Origin: Octopus bimaculoides
Taxonomy: Eukaryota
Assembly (NCBI RefSeq): GCF_001194135.2
Contig: NC_068997.1
Coordinates: 42,133,620-42,193,138 of the forward strand
Direction: 5' to 3'
Length of the DNA stretch: 59,519 bases
Shown one piece after another: positions 27,560 to 41,632 of the stretch. The notes under the pieces were generated by a model, which was not told the origin of the DNA, made no database searches, and saw nothing but the letters and a program-made list of their open reading frames with translations. How positions within the stretch are numbered: the stretch's first letter is position 1; each line of letters opens with the position of its first letter. Position numbers and translations under genes: made by a program.

Positions 27560-27890
27560 GGTGCAGGCATGTCTGTGTGGTTCAGTCCCACTGCGTGGCA
27601 CCTTGGACAAGTGTCTTCTACTATAGCCTTAGGCCGATCAAAGCATTGTGAGTGGATTTGGTAGACAGAAACTGAAAGAATACTGTTTTGTGTGTGTGTG
27701 TGTGTGTGTCTTTGTGCTTACATTAGTCCCCACCATGGCTTTGGTGAGTGATTCAGCACTAGAGACAAACAGAATAAGTATCAGGTTTAAAAACAAGTAC
27801 TGAGTTCAATTCGTTTGACAAAAAGGTCTTCAAGGTGGTGCCCCAGCATGGCCACAGTCTAATGACTGATACAAGTAAAAGATAAAAGAC
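27560..27890 (+). mobile_element. SINE family A, diverged; followed by a degenerate TG-rich tract (27895-28110)
   Basis: Collinear with the family consensus. Confidence 0.7.
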
Positions 27891-30800
27891 ACATTGACAA
27901 ATACACATGCATGTGCGTGTGTGTGTGTGTTTGTGTGCGCATGTGTGTGCATACATGTGTTTATGTATGCATATGCACGTGTCCGTGTATGTGTGCATGC
28001 ATGTCCGTGTGTGTATGTGCACCTATGTGTGTGCCTGTGTATGTATGTGTCTGTGCATGTGTGTATGTGCACGCATGTGTGTGCCTCTGTGTGTATGTGT
28101 GTGTGTGTGTTCCAGAGAGAATGTCAAGATCATGAGCAATCTGATAACCGCTTTATAGTGGATAAGCTATCAAGTGGCCACCACTCCAATCCATGAATAC
28201 TTCCACGAGGTAAGGGCATCAGTCTATCATAAGATTAACTCTTGGTGCTTCTGGTTCTCAAATGAACTGGAACAAAGTAAAATGAAAGTACTTTATTCCA
28301 AGAAGCCCCTTGTTCAGGAATCAAACATGGAACCTTAGAAACTTGATCTCAATACTGCTGACCTGCATAACTAACAATGATTTTATCATTTCATGTAATA
28401 CCAAAAGTTCAAAATGTGCCAAACCATAGGAGTTGCCAAATTTAACAATTCCAACTTTTAACAAGAAACATGGATCAGGGACAAAGAAATCTAAGCTCTG
28501 ACCTACTGAAAGTTGTAGTACTACTCTGTCATTGATACGTATTTTCATCCTTGAAATAACAATGAAGGCTAATGTCAATAGCTACACCTTAATATAAATA
28601 AATATATATATAAAAACAAACGCCAGCATCACCAATTTTGTAAGTAAATCATCATCATCATCATCATCGTTTAACGTCCGCTTTCCATGCTAGCATGGGT
28701 TGGACGATTTGACTGAGGACTGGTGAAACCAGATGGCAACACCAGGCTCCAATCTAATTTGGCAGAGTTTCTACAGCTGGATGCCCTTCCTAACGCCAAC
28801 CAATATATATATATATATATATATATATANNNNNNNNNNNNNNNNNNNNNNNNNNNNNNNNNNNNNNNNNNNNNNNNNNNNNNNNNNNNNNNNNNNNNNN
28901 NNNNNNNNNNNNNNNNNNNNNNNNNNNNNNNNNNNNNNNNNNNNNNNNNNNNNNNNNNNNNNNNNNNNNNNNNNNNNNNNNNNNNNNNNNNNNNNNNNNN
29001 NNNNNNNNNNNNNNNNNNNNNNNNNNNNNNNNNNNNNNNNNNNNNNNNNNNNNNNNNNNNNNNNNNNNNNNNNNNNNNNNNNNNNNNNNNNNNNNNNNNN
29101 NNNNNNNNNNNNNNNNNNNNNNNNNNNNNNNNNNNNNNNNNNNNNNNNNNNNNNNNNNNNNNNNNNNNNNNNNNNNNNNNNNNNNNNNNNNNNNNNNNNN
29201 NNNNNNNNNNNNNNNNNNNNNNNNNNNNNNNNNNNNNNNNNNNNNNNNNNNNNNNNNNNNNNNNNNNNNNNNNNNNNNNNNNNNNNNNNNNNNNNNNNNN
29301 NNNNNNNNNNNNNNNNNNNNNNNNNNNNNNNNNNNNNNNNNNNNNNNNNNNNNNNNNNNNNNNNNNNNNNNNNNNNNGTTATTTTGCCAACATGGTTTAC
29401 ATATAGAAGTACAAAGTACATAAGGAATTAGAGGATGAACAGAAGTTTAATCTTACAGCTGTTTCGGCCTAGTTTTGGCAGGCCCCATTCTATCCGAATA
29501 TTCCTTTCCGGAGTGATTATCGGATGACATTTTGAAATGGGGTTACATGCCCGAATCTCTAGGCCTCTTCAGAGATTCACAAAGGGTTACATACAAATGT
29601 AGAGCAAGAGGTAAAAACAGAGGTGTGGTAGAGACCAGAAGAAAAACAACAGCAAAAATAAGATAGAAATAAAAATAAAAAAATAAAATTGAAATCAAAA
29701 TATAAATAAAAATAAAAATACAAATAAGGGTACATGTGTGTATATGTATATGTGTGTGTGTGTATGTATATGTGTGTGTGTGTGTATGTGTGTGTATCAA
29801 TAATATTAATACGCTAACTTTTTGGTTTTGTACGTACCTGTTGTGTGCATCACACTTATTTCAAAGTGGCNNNNNNNNNNNNNNNNGAAAGAGACAATGT
29901 GTGGTGACAGCGATTGTTTTGTGTTTTTAAATGTTTCAGAGAGGACATAAGAGAGAAAGAAAGGGAGTGAGAGAAAGAGAAAAAGTAAGAGAGAAAGAGA
30001 GGGAGTGAAAGTGACAGTGAATAGTGAGTGTTCGTTTTGTGCTTTTAAATGTTTATCACATCGCAAGAGAAGTAGGTACATAGATACATATACACATTGT
30101 TAAATCAAAAGCGGGAGAGAAGAGGGACACAAAGGAAGTGAAAGAGAAAGAGAGAAAGTGAGAGAGAAAGAAGATACATAAATAAAAAAAAAACTTCATA
30201 CATAGACACAGCAAATATTGGATGTCAATTTCATTTTTCATTACCACACGAGGATAAAATTAACTCACAAATAACTGAGTACTCCACAGACATACATAAC
30301 ATTAACGTAGTTCTCAGGGAGATTAAGCCTCACACAGAACATGACCAGGCTGACCCCTTTGAATTACAGACACAATGCAAGACTTATATACATGAATGTT
30401 TTTGTGTGTATAGTTTAGGTTAGTTAAAACATGTTTGCAATAATGTGTTGCATGGTGGAAATAAACATAATTACCAAACTTACATTCATAAATCCATTAA
30501 TTATGTCGTTCTTTTGCATTTCAATTTGTACATTAAGGTTCTTTGAATATGTACAATGTATTTTAAGGTTAAATAGTATGGCCAGTCTAATGACTGAAAC
30601 AAGTAAAAGATGAAAGATAAAAGATATGTAGTCTATAGAAATATCTTAGTCATTTATTTGGTTTTTAATGTCCAATTGTCTTGTATGCATGGTTCAGATG
30701 GATTTCATTGGAACAGATTTTCTATAGGCAGATGCCTTTCCTGTCACCAACCTTTACCTGTTTCCAAACACAGTAGTGTTTCACCATGGTCAGACATGTT

Positions 30801-31055
30801 TTCATGGAAGACTATATGTATGTATGTATATATGTATTTTCTTTTATTCTAGTACTTGTTTCAGTCATTTGATTGTGGCCATGCTGAAGCACCATCTTTA
30901 GTTGAACAAATCGACCCCAGAACTTACCTTTTGTAAGCCTAGTACTTATTCTATTGATCTTTTTTGCCGAACTGCTAAGTTACAGGGACATAAACACACC
31001 AACATTGGCTGTCAAGCAATGGTAGGGGAACAAATACAGACACACAAATACATAC

Positions 31056-31795
31056 AACATCATCATCATCAACATCATCATCATCAACATCATCGTTTAA
31101 CATCCGTTTTCCATGCTAGCATGGGTTGGACGGTTCAACTGGGGTCTGGGAAGCCAGGAGGCTGCACCAGGCTCCAGTCTGATCTGGCAGTGTTTCTACA
31201 GCTGGATGCCCTTCCTAACGCCAACCACTCTGTGAGTTTAGTGGGTGCTTTATACATGCCACCGGCACAGGGGCCAGAGGAGGCTGGCAACAGCCACGAT
31301 CAATTGGTGCTTTTTACGTGCCACCGGCATGGAAGCCAGTCAAGGTGGCGCTGGCATCGGCCATGTTCAGATGGTGCTTTTTATGTACTACTGGCATGGG
31401 TATCATAACTACAATTTCCATTTCATTTTCATTTTGATGTTGATGTACTTGACTCAATAGGTCTTCTCAAGCACAGCAAATCGCCTTGTGATCCAAGGTA
31501 CTTTTGAGTGGGCTGGGGCTGGTTATGCAAAACTGGTGTAGGATACAGCCGTGAACTCACTTTATTTGCAGGGTCTTCATAGTCACAGCATATCTCCAGA
31601 GGTTTCAGTTTTTCGTCATTGCTTCTGTGAGGCCCAAAGTTCGAAGGTCATACTTGACCACTTCATCCCACGTCTTCCTGGGTCTACCTCTACCCCGGAT
31701 TCCTTCAACTGTTTGGGAGTGGCACTTCTTCACACAGTTCTCCTCATCCATAGTACATGACCATATCAGCGCAAACGTCTCTCTTGCACGCCACA
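31056..31795 (-). mobile_element. RTE-clade LINE 3' fragment with (CAT)n tail
   Basis: Minus-strand translation KKCHSQTVEGIRGRGRPRKTWDEVVKYDLRTLGL is a typical RTE RT C-terminus; the 3' UTR is shared with copies at 28650, 34770, 40110, 44965, 50330 and 51800. Confidence 0.8.
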
Positions 31796-32487
31796 TCATA
31801 TATATATATATATATATATACATATGATGGGTTTAGTTCAGTTTCCATTTACCAAATCTACTCATAAGGCTTTGGTCAGCCCAAGACTTTAGTAGAAGAC
31901 AATTGCCCAAGGTGCTATGCAGTGGGACTGAACCTGGAACCATGTGGTTGGGAAGCAAGTTTCTTACCACGCAGTCAAGTCACTGCTGTGCCAATATATA
32001 TATATATATTCTTTTCTGTTTTTNNNNNNNNNNNNNNNNNNNNNNNNNNNNNNNNNNNNNNNNNNNNNNNNNNNNNNNNNNNNNNNNNNNNNNNNNNNNN
32101 NNNNNNNNNNNNNNNNNNNNNNNNNNNNNNNNNNNNNNNNNNNNNNNNNNNNNNNNNNNNNNNNNNNNNNNNNNNNNNNNNNNNNNNNNNNNNNNNNNNN
32201 NNNNNNNNNNNNNNNNNNNNNNNNNNNNNNNNNNNNNNNNNNNNNNNNNNNNNNNNNNNNNNNNNNNNNNNNNNNNNNNNNNNNNNNNNNNNNNNNNNNN
32301 NNNNNNNNNNNNNNNNNNNNNNNNNNNNNNNNNNNNNNNNNNNNNNNNNNNNNNNNNNNNNNNNNNNNNNNNNNNNNNNNNNNNNNNNNNNNNNNNNNNN
32401 NNNNNNNNNNNNNNNNNNNNNNNNNNNNNNNNNNNNNNNNNNNNNNNNNNNNNNNNNNNNNNNNNNNNNNNNNNNNNNNNNNNNNNN

Positions 32488-32733
32488 GTACTCTTTCACC
32501 ACAACTGTCTCTCGCTCTTACTTCCTGTTTCTGTTGTGCCTGTAATTCAAAGGGCCAGCCTTGTCACACTCTGTGTCACACTGAATATCCCCAAGAACTA
32601 CGTTAAGGGTACATGTGTCTGTGGAGTGCTCAACCACTTGCACGTTAATTTCACGAGCAGGCTGTTCCGTTGATCGGATCAACTGGAACCCTCGACGTCG
32701 TAAGCGACGGAGTGCCAACAACAACAACAACAA
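32488..32733 (+). mobile_element. SINE family C, 3' half (5' half in the gap), (CAA)n tail
   Basis: Near-identical to the reverse complement of 46924-47160. Confidence 0.8.
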
Positions 32734-32946
32734 CATGCATGCACAACAAATTTTTCTCAACCTAATCCACTCACAAGGTCCAGGTCCATTATAGAAGACA
32801 CTTGCTTAAGGTGCCTTGCAATGGGAATGAACCCAAAACCACATGGTTTGGAAGCAAACTTAACCACTTAGTCATGCCTATACCTTATTCTGTATCATTA
32901 TTTAAAAGATGCTGTATTTATACAACATGTTGATAGAATTTTTGCC

Positions 32947-33425
32947 ACAGGTGTGGCTGTGTGGTAATAAGCTTACTTTCCAACCAGATGGTTCTGAGTT
33001 CAGCCCCACTGTGTAGCATCTTGGGCAAATATTTTCTTTTACCTCAAACTGACCAAAACCTTGTGAGAGGATTTGGTAGACAGAAACTGAAAGAAGCCTG
33101 TCATATATACGTGTGTGTGTGTGTGTTTGCACGCATGCGCACATGCGTGTGCTTTTGTGTGTGTGTGTGTGTGTGCGTGTGCGTGTGCATGTGTGTGCAT
33201 GCTTTTGTGTGTGTGTTTGTCCCCCATCACTGCTTGACAACTGGTATTAGTATGTTTACTTTCCTGTAACTTAGCAGCTTGGAAAAAAAGAAAAGCAAGC
33301 AAAAAAAAACAATAAAATAAGTATCAGGCTTTTATAGTATTGGGGTCAACACATTTGACTAAATATTCTCTGAGGCAGTGCCCCAGCATGGCTGCAGTCT
33401 AATGACTGAAACAAGTAAAAATTAA
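32947..33425 (+). mobile_element. SINE family A, diverged, with (TG)-type core
   Basis: Collinear with the family consensus. Confidence 0.75.
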
Positions 33426-33890
33426 AAGATGTATAAACTTCAAAAACGACTCCATTCAAACAATAATAAAATTTAAAATGTTCAGCAATTTTATTCATTG
33501 CAGCCACTTTGACTGTTAAGTTTCATTTGGATAATGCTTCATGTCTAAAGAAAATTATACGACAGACATGCATGGCATGGAGACTACGCCTAAGAAAGAA
33601 AATGAACAAAGATTCATTCATAAACATACATATAGATATGTGTGTGAGTGGGTGTGTCATGTATGTATGTGTGTGTGTGTGTCATGTATGTGTGTGTGTG
33701 TGTGTGTTTGTGTGTGTATGGGTGAATGAAGCTTTGTTTAGTTTCCTTTGACAATAAGCAGCAAAACATACCACTAACATGTGTAAATATGTGTATATAT
33801 ACTGTCTTCTTTCTTTTTACATTCATTGCCTTCATAATATATACATATATATACACACACATACGCACACATGTATATACATACATATAA

Positions 33891-33950
<60 letters not shown>

Positions 33951-34385
33951 NNNNNNNNNNNNNNNNNNNNNNNNNNNNNNNNNNNNNNNNNNNNNNNNNN
34001 NNNNNNNNNNNNNNNNNNNNNNNNNNNNNNNNNNNNNNNNNNNNNNNNNNNNNNNNNNNNNNNNNNNNNNNNNNNNNNNNNNNNNNNNNNNNNNNNNNNN
34101 NNNNNNNNNNNNNNNNNNNNNNNNNNNNNNNNNNNNNNNNNNNNNNNNNNNNNNNNNNNNNNNNNNNNNNNNNNNNNNNNNNNNNNNNNNNNNNNNNNNN
34201 NNNNNNNNNNNNNNNNNNNNNNNNNNNNNNNNNNNNNNNNNNNNNNNNNNNNNNNNNNNNNNNNNNNNNNNNNNNNNNNNNNNNNNNNNNNNNNNNNNNN
34301 NNNNNNNNNNNNNNNNNNNNNNNNNNNNNNNNNNNNNNNNNNNNNNNNNNNNNNNNNNNNNNNNNNNNNNNNNNNNNNNNNNNNN

Positions 34386-34436
<51 letters not shown>

Positions 34437-34995
34437 TTGCTGAGCATAGGTTTCAGCACAATAAATTCATGTCATGTAGTCTATTATGTTTATGGTCATA
34501 ATGATATTTATAGTTTTCTTTTATACATTGTCACCAGTAGAAATTATTCATAAACATACTGAATTATGTATGTGAGGTGGGAAAGAGAATGTACATATAT
34601 GTTAATAGAACTATGATGTCATCATACGATATGGCTTTAACACCTGTTGCATAAATGAAGTATGCAAAAACACCAACAAATTGTGATTTTAATTGAAAAT
34701 TGACAAAGAAATCAACGATGTTATGTATAATAACACACATATATATGCATGTATATTTTGTCATTATCAACATCATCATCGTCGTCATCATCATCATCGT
34801 CATCATCATCCTTTAATGTCTGTTTTCCATGCTGGCATGGGTTGGATGGTTTCACAGATGACAAGCCAGAGGACTGCATCAAGTTCCACTATCTATTTTG
34901 GCATGGTTCTTATAGCTGGATACTCTTTCTAACACCAACCATTTTACAGATTAGACTCGTTGCTTCTCATGTTTTGGCATCGTTTTTATGACTGG

Positions 34996-35031
<36 letters not shown>

Positions 35032-35400
35032 TCATTTTCTATTGTATATGTACCATTCCTTGTCTGTTATATCTTGTCCTTGTCATATCTGGTCATTATT
35101 TCTTATTGTACATACAATGTTATTTTGTCCTCTCTTCGCACACATTTGTCAATATTTTCCTGTAGCTCTATGCTCTGGTGCTCCCATTGATAACAGTGGT
35201 CTTTGTTTTAAATAGCATGAAACCACTAAGACATCTCAGAAACCAACTGATGAAAAAATCAACTGCAAATGTTCCTTGTATTGTGTTTTTGTCTCCCTTT
35301 TCTGTCTGTTATGTTTTCACCCAGTTTTCATCTATTTTGTTTCTTTCTCTGTCTAACTTTTGAAATATATATATATATATAAGCCTGAAAGAAATATATA

Positions 35401-36060
35401 TCTTGTTGTTGTTGGCATCTTTTTTTGTCTCAGGAGACAATGGAGCGCTGCATAGAATAATCTAGTCCGGTTTTTACATTTCATGTCCTAATACATCTCC
35501 TGCTGTGGCTGTGTTGTCCTATCCTGGAAAACACTCCCTCTGGCAGGGGCCACAAATGTAGCGAAGACTTTGCCTGGCTGGTTGTAATGTCGTAGTTTCT
35601 TGTTGACGTCTTTTCTTGTCTTTCCATTTCTCCTCCCTCGCTCTGTCACTCCTTTTTGTTCCCTCTTCTATGGTGCGTCGCCAATCTCTACGGTTGCTGG
35701 CAACCACTTCCCAGTTGCTAATATTGATGTCGCAGGCCTTCATGTCCCTTTTGCCGTAAGAACGGTCTTCCCAAAGACCTAGTGCCCTTAGCAAGCTCTC
35801 CGTAGAGTATATCCTAAGAGATTCTGCCATCTTCCATATGACTAACATGTCCAAGCCATCTCATACGTCTTTGTGTGAGGAGTGCAAACATGCTTGGTAT
35901 TCCTGCTTGCTTGAGGACATTTTTTGTTGGGGACACGATTCTGCCATTTGATGCCAAGGATTTTCCGGAGGCAGCGCAAGTGAAAGATATTTAGGCGATG
36001 CTCTTGGCATGTCTATGGCGTCTCACTGCCATACACTAGAGTGTTAAGTACACATGCCTG
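35401..36060 (-). mobile_element. RTE-BovB-like LINE, 3' fragment (RT C-terminus, zinc-knuckle tail, 3' UTR)
   Basis: KRDMKACDINISNWEVVASNRRDWRRTIEEG...YICGPCQRECFPGIGQHSHSRRC (CxxC...HxxxC) and a (CAA)n tail; frameshifted upstream. Confidence 0.8.
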
Positions 36061-36090
36061 GTAAATTTTCATTTGTTTCAGAAAATAATA

Positions 36091-37110
36091 ATGCCAGACC
36101 CTCAGCTTACTCAAGAAATGATGAGGCATGTTGTTATTGTGGTTATAAAGGTTGAGCATAGCGATTTAGAAATATCTTGATTTTTAAAAGTTGCCAGATC
36201 TTTCATCTACAAAGTTTGTAAGGTGTTAGAGACTGAAGATGGAAACATATCACCAGTATTGAAGCATAAAAAGCATTGTAAATGTTCTAAAATCATCAGA
36301 ACACCTGAATTTATCCAGCATATTCAACAGACCATTGATTACAATCCCAGAAGGTCCATCAGGTCAATTGCTAAAGATCTCCATGTATCAGAAGGAACAG
36401 TTAGAAATGTTGTCCATGAAGACATCAGATATAAGTCTTATATGATGAGGAAAGGTCAATTTGTCAGAAAAAGCAAAAGAAAATCACTACATCAGATCTA
36501 AGAGGTTCTTAAACAAACTGAAAAATCCAGCAGAAGATTTAATTTGGTTATTCACAAACAAGAAAAACTTCGACCAATATCAAAAAGTTAACAGAAGAAA
36601 TGACAGATGGTTATGTGCAGACCCTTCTGAAGTTCCAAGTGTTATGCATACAAAATTTCCTGCAACTGTCATGGTTTTAGGGGCTGTCAGCAATGAAGGA
36701 CGTGTGAGGCCTCCTTATTTCTTTCCACAAGACCTTAGAGTTAACTCTGCCACTTACATTGAGGTCCCGGAAACAATTGTTAAGCCCTGGAATGCCATGT
36801 GTGTTTCAGTAAGACTCTGCACTATCACACATGGCTCTAATAACACAGGAATGGATGGCTGAAACTTTCATGATCACATTAGCCCCACTAACATTTGGCC
36901 TCCTAATTCCCCAGATCTCAATCCATTAGACTATTACATATAGTGCATTGTTGAGAGAGAGAGATCAGTGAACATGCCCATAAAACCAAGATTCTTTGAA
37001 AGCAGAGAGTAATGTCCAAAATGAACCAGGACCACTTGATTCAAGCATATAAATGATTTAGATCTTATATAGAAGCAGTTCTTGAAGCTGAAGGTGGCTT
37101 TATTGGATAA
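36091..37110 (+). pseudogene. Tc1/mariner transposase relic, maT/DD37D-like
   Basis: NPRRSIRSIAKDLHVSEGTV HTH; FTNKKNFDQYQKVNRRNDRW; HTKFPATVMVLG; FQ*DSA; WPPNSPDLNPLDYY; ends EAEGGFIG*. Several frameshifts; TIRs not seen (BovB on the left, gap on the right). Confidence 0.85.
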
Positions 37111-37685
37111 CATGATAGAAAAGAAGATTTATTTTTATCCTCAGCAATTTTTGATAAATAAAGTTATTATCTGTTATTATATATCTGTTATTTTATTAAN
37201 NNNNNNNNNNNNNNNNNNNNNNNNNNNNNNNNNNNNNNNNNNNNNNNNNNNNNNNNNNNNNNNNNNNNNNNNNNNNNNNNNNNNNNNNNNNNNNNNNNNN
37301 NNNNNNNNNNNNNNNNNNNNNNNNNNNNNNNNNNNNNNNNNNNNNNNNNNNNNNNNNNNNNNNNNNNNNNNNNNNNNNNNNNNNNNNNNNNNNNNNNNNN
37401 NNNNNNNNNNNNNNNNNNNNNNNNNNNNNNNNNNNNNNNNNNNNNNNNNNNNNNNNNNNNNNNNNNNNNNNNNNNNNNNNNNNNNNNNNNNNNNNNNNNN
37501 NNNNNNNNNNNNNNNNNNNNNNNNNNNNNNNNNNNNNNNNNNNNNNNNNNNNNNNNNNNNNNNNNNNNNNTTGTTGAAAAGGCACCTAAATTTGAAAAAC
37601 TTGTAATTGTTTAAAATAAATTTATTTACATATATACCAAACTAGTTTCAACAATATTTTTTAAACATCTATATATATATGTATA

Positions 37686-37719
<34 letters not shown>

Positions 37720-37767
<48 letters not shown>

Positions 37768-37770
37768 TGC
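37720..37770. repeat. (TAGA)n tetranucleotide repeat
   Basis: Direct reading. Confidence 0.9.
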
Positions 37771-37954
37771 ATACTTACATACATACATGTATGTATGTCA
37801 TTTATATTATTATGTAAAATGATTTTAAATCCATTCGCCTTTCAGAGCAGCTGCAGTTTGAAGTTATGTGAAGGTATTACTAGGTACATAACTGTGTATG
37901 CATGAGTGGATAGACTTGTACCCATGTCGTGGGTGTATGTGTCACTTCAGTGCA

Positions 37955-37989
<35 letters not shown>

Positions 37990-38024
37990 ATCCTTGTATA
38001 TGATATATAAATCTGATTGTGTGT

Positions 38025-38455
38025 ACATCTTTTATCTTTTACTTGCTTCAGTCATTTGACTGTGGCCATGCTGGTGCACCATCTTCAATAGTTTTTAGTC
38101 AAATGAATCAACTCCAGTACTTTTTTTTAAGCCTGGTACTTATTCTATTGGTCTATTTTGCTGAACTGCTAGATTACAAGGACATAAACAAACCGACACT
38201 GGTTGTCAAGTGATGGTGGGGGGAACACAGACATTATCACATACACACACACATACACACACACGTACACGCACACACACATATATTTACGATAGATTTC
38301 TTTCAGTTTCCGTCTACCAAATCCACTGACAATGCTTTGGTTGACTTGAGGCTACAGTAGAAGACACATGCCCTAGATGTCATGCACTAGGACTGAACCC
38401 AGAACCATGTGGTTGGGAAGCAAGCTTCTTGCCACACATCCACTCCCGTGCCTGT
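38025..38455 (-). mobile_element. SINE family A, inverted, diverged
   Basis: Reverse complement of the family consensus. Confidence 0.75.
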
Positions 38456-38679
38456 ATGTTCATTTATATTTGTAAGTTGATAGGATCAGTAATATGTTGG
38501 GAAAAAAGATTATTTTGTGATATTTGGCTGTGGTTTTTGACCCCACCTCCCACCCAGCAACCAAAGTTGATAAAGTAAATATTAAAAAAAGACCTGAACT
38601 CAAAGTATTTAACTGAAAACCTTGAAAACCCACAGATCAATGAGTGAAACAAGTAAAAAAGGAAACTTACAAATATGGG

Positions 38680-39060
38680 CGCAGGTGTGGCTGTGTGGTA
38701 AGAAGCCTGCTTTCCAACCACATGGTTCTGGGTTCAGTCCCACTGCACGGCGCCTTGGGCAAGTGTCTTCTACTATAGTTTCAGGTCAACCAAGGCCTTG
38801 TGAGTGAATTTGGTAGATGGAAACTGAAAGAAGCCCATCATATATGTACAAGGTGGCCCAAAGTAGGTTCACAGTTATCACATAGGCACTGTATATTTCT
38901 TTTGAAACATTGTATTGCATTTAAATTTCTATCTTACAATTAACTAAATTAGCATAGAATAATGGTTTCATATTTTTTTTATAATTAAGATCTAAACTGT
39001 TAATATATGAATGCGAAAGAGATAGTTGAATAACTGTAAACCTACTTTTGAGCCAGCCTG

Positions 39061-39091
<31 letters not shown>

Positions 39092-39383
39092 NNNNNNNNN
39101 NNNNNNNNNNNNNNNNNNNNNNNNNNNNNNNNNNNNNNNNNNNNNNNNNNNNNNNNNNNNNNNNNNNNNATCCTAAAATTATATTATGAACATATATATA
39201 TATATATATATATTGCCTTCGAAACGCGTTTTCTGTCTTCGTCTTTATGTTTTCGTTTCTCATTGTGTTTAACGTTTTTTGTGGTGTCCTGTACCCATAT
39301 ATGCTTGCATGTATACATATAGATGTCGGTATGTACATATATGTATGGATATATGCATATAATTATATATTATTTATGTTATC

Positions 39384-39414
<31 letters not shown>

Positions 39415-39540
39415 CGTATGTATTTATGTGTGTTTGTTCCCCTGCCATCACCTGACCACTGACACTGGAGTATTTATGTCCCTGAAACCTAGCAGTTCAG
39501 TGAAAGAGACCAATAGAATAAGTACTAGGCTTACAAAGAT
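38680..39540 (+). mobile_element. SINE family A with an expanded core containing a nested MITE
   Basis: Head at ~38680; body resumes at ~39425 after the MITE, a gap and TA-rich sequence. Confidence 0.7.
38849..39060. mobile_element. Tc1/mariner-type MITE, 212 bp
   Basis: TA|CAAGGTGGCCCAAAGTAGGTTCACAG versus reverse-complemented right end TA|CAGGCTGGCTCAAAAGTAGGTTTACAG. Confidence 0.75.
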
Positions 39541-40060
39541 TTGAATTATGTATTTATGTATTGAAGATAAGAGAGGCAAATGTTTGAGAGATTATCAGAT
39601 GCTTTGGTATTAAGGGTATTGTTTTATTGCATATGATATACTGAAGTGTTGTAAAGTGGTGGTGGTGGTGGTGGTAGTGGTTGCATAGAGGGCAGTTATT
39701 GATAAATACTGTTATGTAATAGATATAAGAAAGAGGATTAAGGATGATTGAAGAGTTCCTACTCTTCAGACAAGATATGAAAATAAAAAGACATATTGGA
39801 GGAAGATGGATGTAAACAACATCTTTAATAGATATTACTGTGAAATGGAGTGGTTCTTTATTGTATTTCTGTGTTTGGAGATTTTTAGTCAATTATATCA
39901 GTCACGTGACTTTGTCTGGAATTTCTTTTTATTGACATGAGAGAGAGGAAGAGCAAAATCGATTTGGGAAGGGTCTGAACTAGAGTACAACAAAGTTCAA
40001 CAAAATATTATAAGGTATTTTATTCAACACCTCCACACATTCTGTTATGTCCACCTCCAG

Positions 40061-40091
<31 letters not shown>

Positions 40092-40489
40092 CACCACCAC
40101 CACCACCACTGCCATCATCATTTAACATCTGCTTCCCATGCTGGCATGGGTTGGATGGTTTGACAGATGTTGGTAGGGCCAGGAATCATACCAGACTCCA
40201 TTATCTGTTTTGGCATGGTTTCTACAGCTGGATGCACTTGCTAACACCAACCACCATCCAGCCATAGAACCATGCCAGAATAGACAATGGAACCTGGTAC
40301 AACCACACACACACACATGTGTGTNNNNNNNNNNNNNNNNNNNNNNNNNNNNNNNNNNNNNNNNNNNNNNNNNNNNNNNNNNNNNNNNNNNNNNNNNNNN
40401 NNNNNNNNNNNNNNNNNNNNNNNNNNNNNNNNNNNNNNNNNNNNNNNNNNNNNNNNNNNNNNNNNNNNNNNNNNATACATATATAAATA

Positions 40490-41596
40490 TTAGGTTGTCT
40501 GGAAAGTTCTGAGTGTTTTTAAGTTAAATCTTTTAACGCTTCATTGAACACACCTGAAGCATAACACAGAACTTTGGCATTGCTTGAAGTGGTAGTGCAT
40601 CTCTTCTTTGTTCCGGACTAAAAATAGATTATCTTTCATTTTGGTTACCCTTTATTGACATTTGAAATGGATAACCAAAAATTTCATATTCACGTTGTAA
40701 TACTTTTCTTTTTTTAAAAAAGGAGAAAATGCTTCAAAGACTTGCAAAAACATTTGTGAAGTTTATGGTGATGATGCTGTAGGTGAATCAAATGTTCAAA
40801 GGTGTTTTGCAAAATTTAAAGCTGGAGTTTAGCTTGGAAGATGACAGTCGCAGTGGAAAATCTTCAAAATTGTATGAAGATGTCTTGAAGACAAAAATTA
40901 AAGAAAACTCAAATACAGAGGAGTTGGAAGTTTCTAAAAGTATGGCTCATGAAGACCTAGTGAAGCTAGGATACATTTCTCACTATAGTGTATGGGTGCT
41001 TGTGATTGGAGATGAAAAATGGATTGTGTATGAAAACATAGTGTGAAAAAGATCCTGGAGTTTGCATAAGCATCTCCCAAAGACAAATATCCATGCTAAA
41101 AAAGCTATGCATTGTGTTTGGTGGGATCATAAAGGCATTATTTATTGAGCTTCTCCCATAAAACCAGACCATTAATTCTGATGTGTACTGTCATCAGCTG
41201 GCTAATTTCAACCAGAAATTCAAAGAGATTGCCAACAGGGAAGGGATTCCAACAAGACATGCCTGACCACATGTGTCTTTGGCTACATGAACAAAGTTAC
41301 ATGAACTTGACTGGGATCTCTTATCCCATCCACCATATTCCCCTATATTGCACCATTCGACAACCACTTGTTTTTGTCTCTACAGAACTCATGGAATCAA
41401 AATGCATCTAGATAACTTTTTTCTTCAAAACCAATCAAACTTCATGCTGATGGAATATTTAAATTGCCGGATAAATGGGAAAAGATCATTAATAATAATG
41501 GAAATTATTTCATTGAATAAAATTTATTGAAAAGTCAATTATTTATATCCCTTTTTGCATATTAAAAAACACTCAGAACTTTCCGGAACAACCTAA
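40490..41596 (+). mobile_element. Mariner (DD34D-type) element with both TIRs and an internally deleted transposase (relic ~40667-41519)
   Basis: TA|TTAGGTTGTCTGGAAAGTTCTGAGTGTTTTTAA left and AAAAAACACTCAGAACTTTCCGGAACAACCTAA|TA right; motifs KGENASKTCKNICEVYG, KAMHCVWWDHKGIIY, HPPYSP; 1107 bp. Confidence 0.9.
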
Positions 41597-41599
41597 TAT

Positions 41600-41632
<33 letters not shown>

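Noticed and set aside
28530-28592. Possible terminal exon GVAIDISLHCYFKDENTYQ* (-)
   Set aside because: Weak acceptor, no recognisable homology, no partner exons found.
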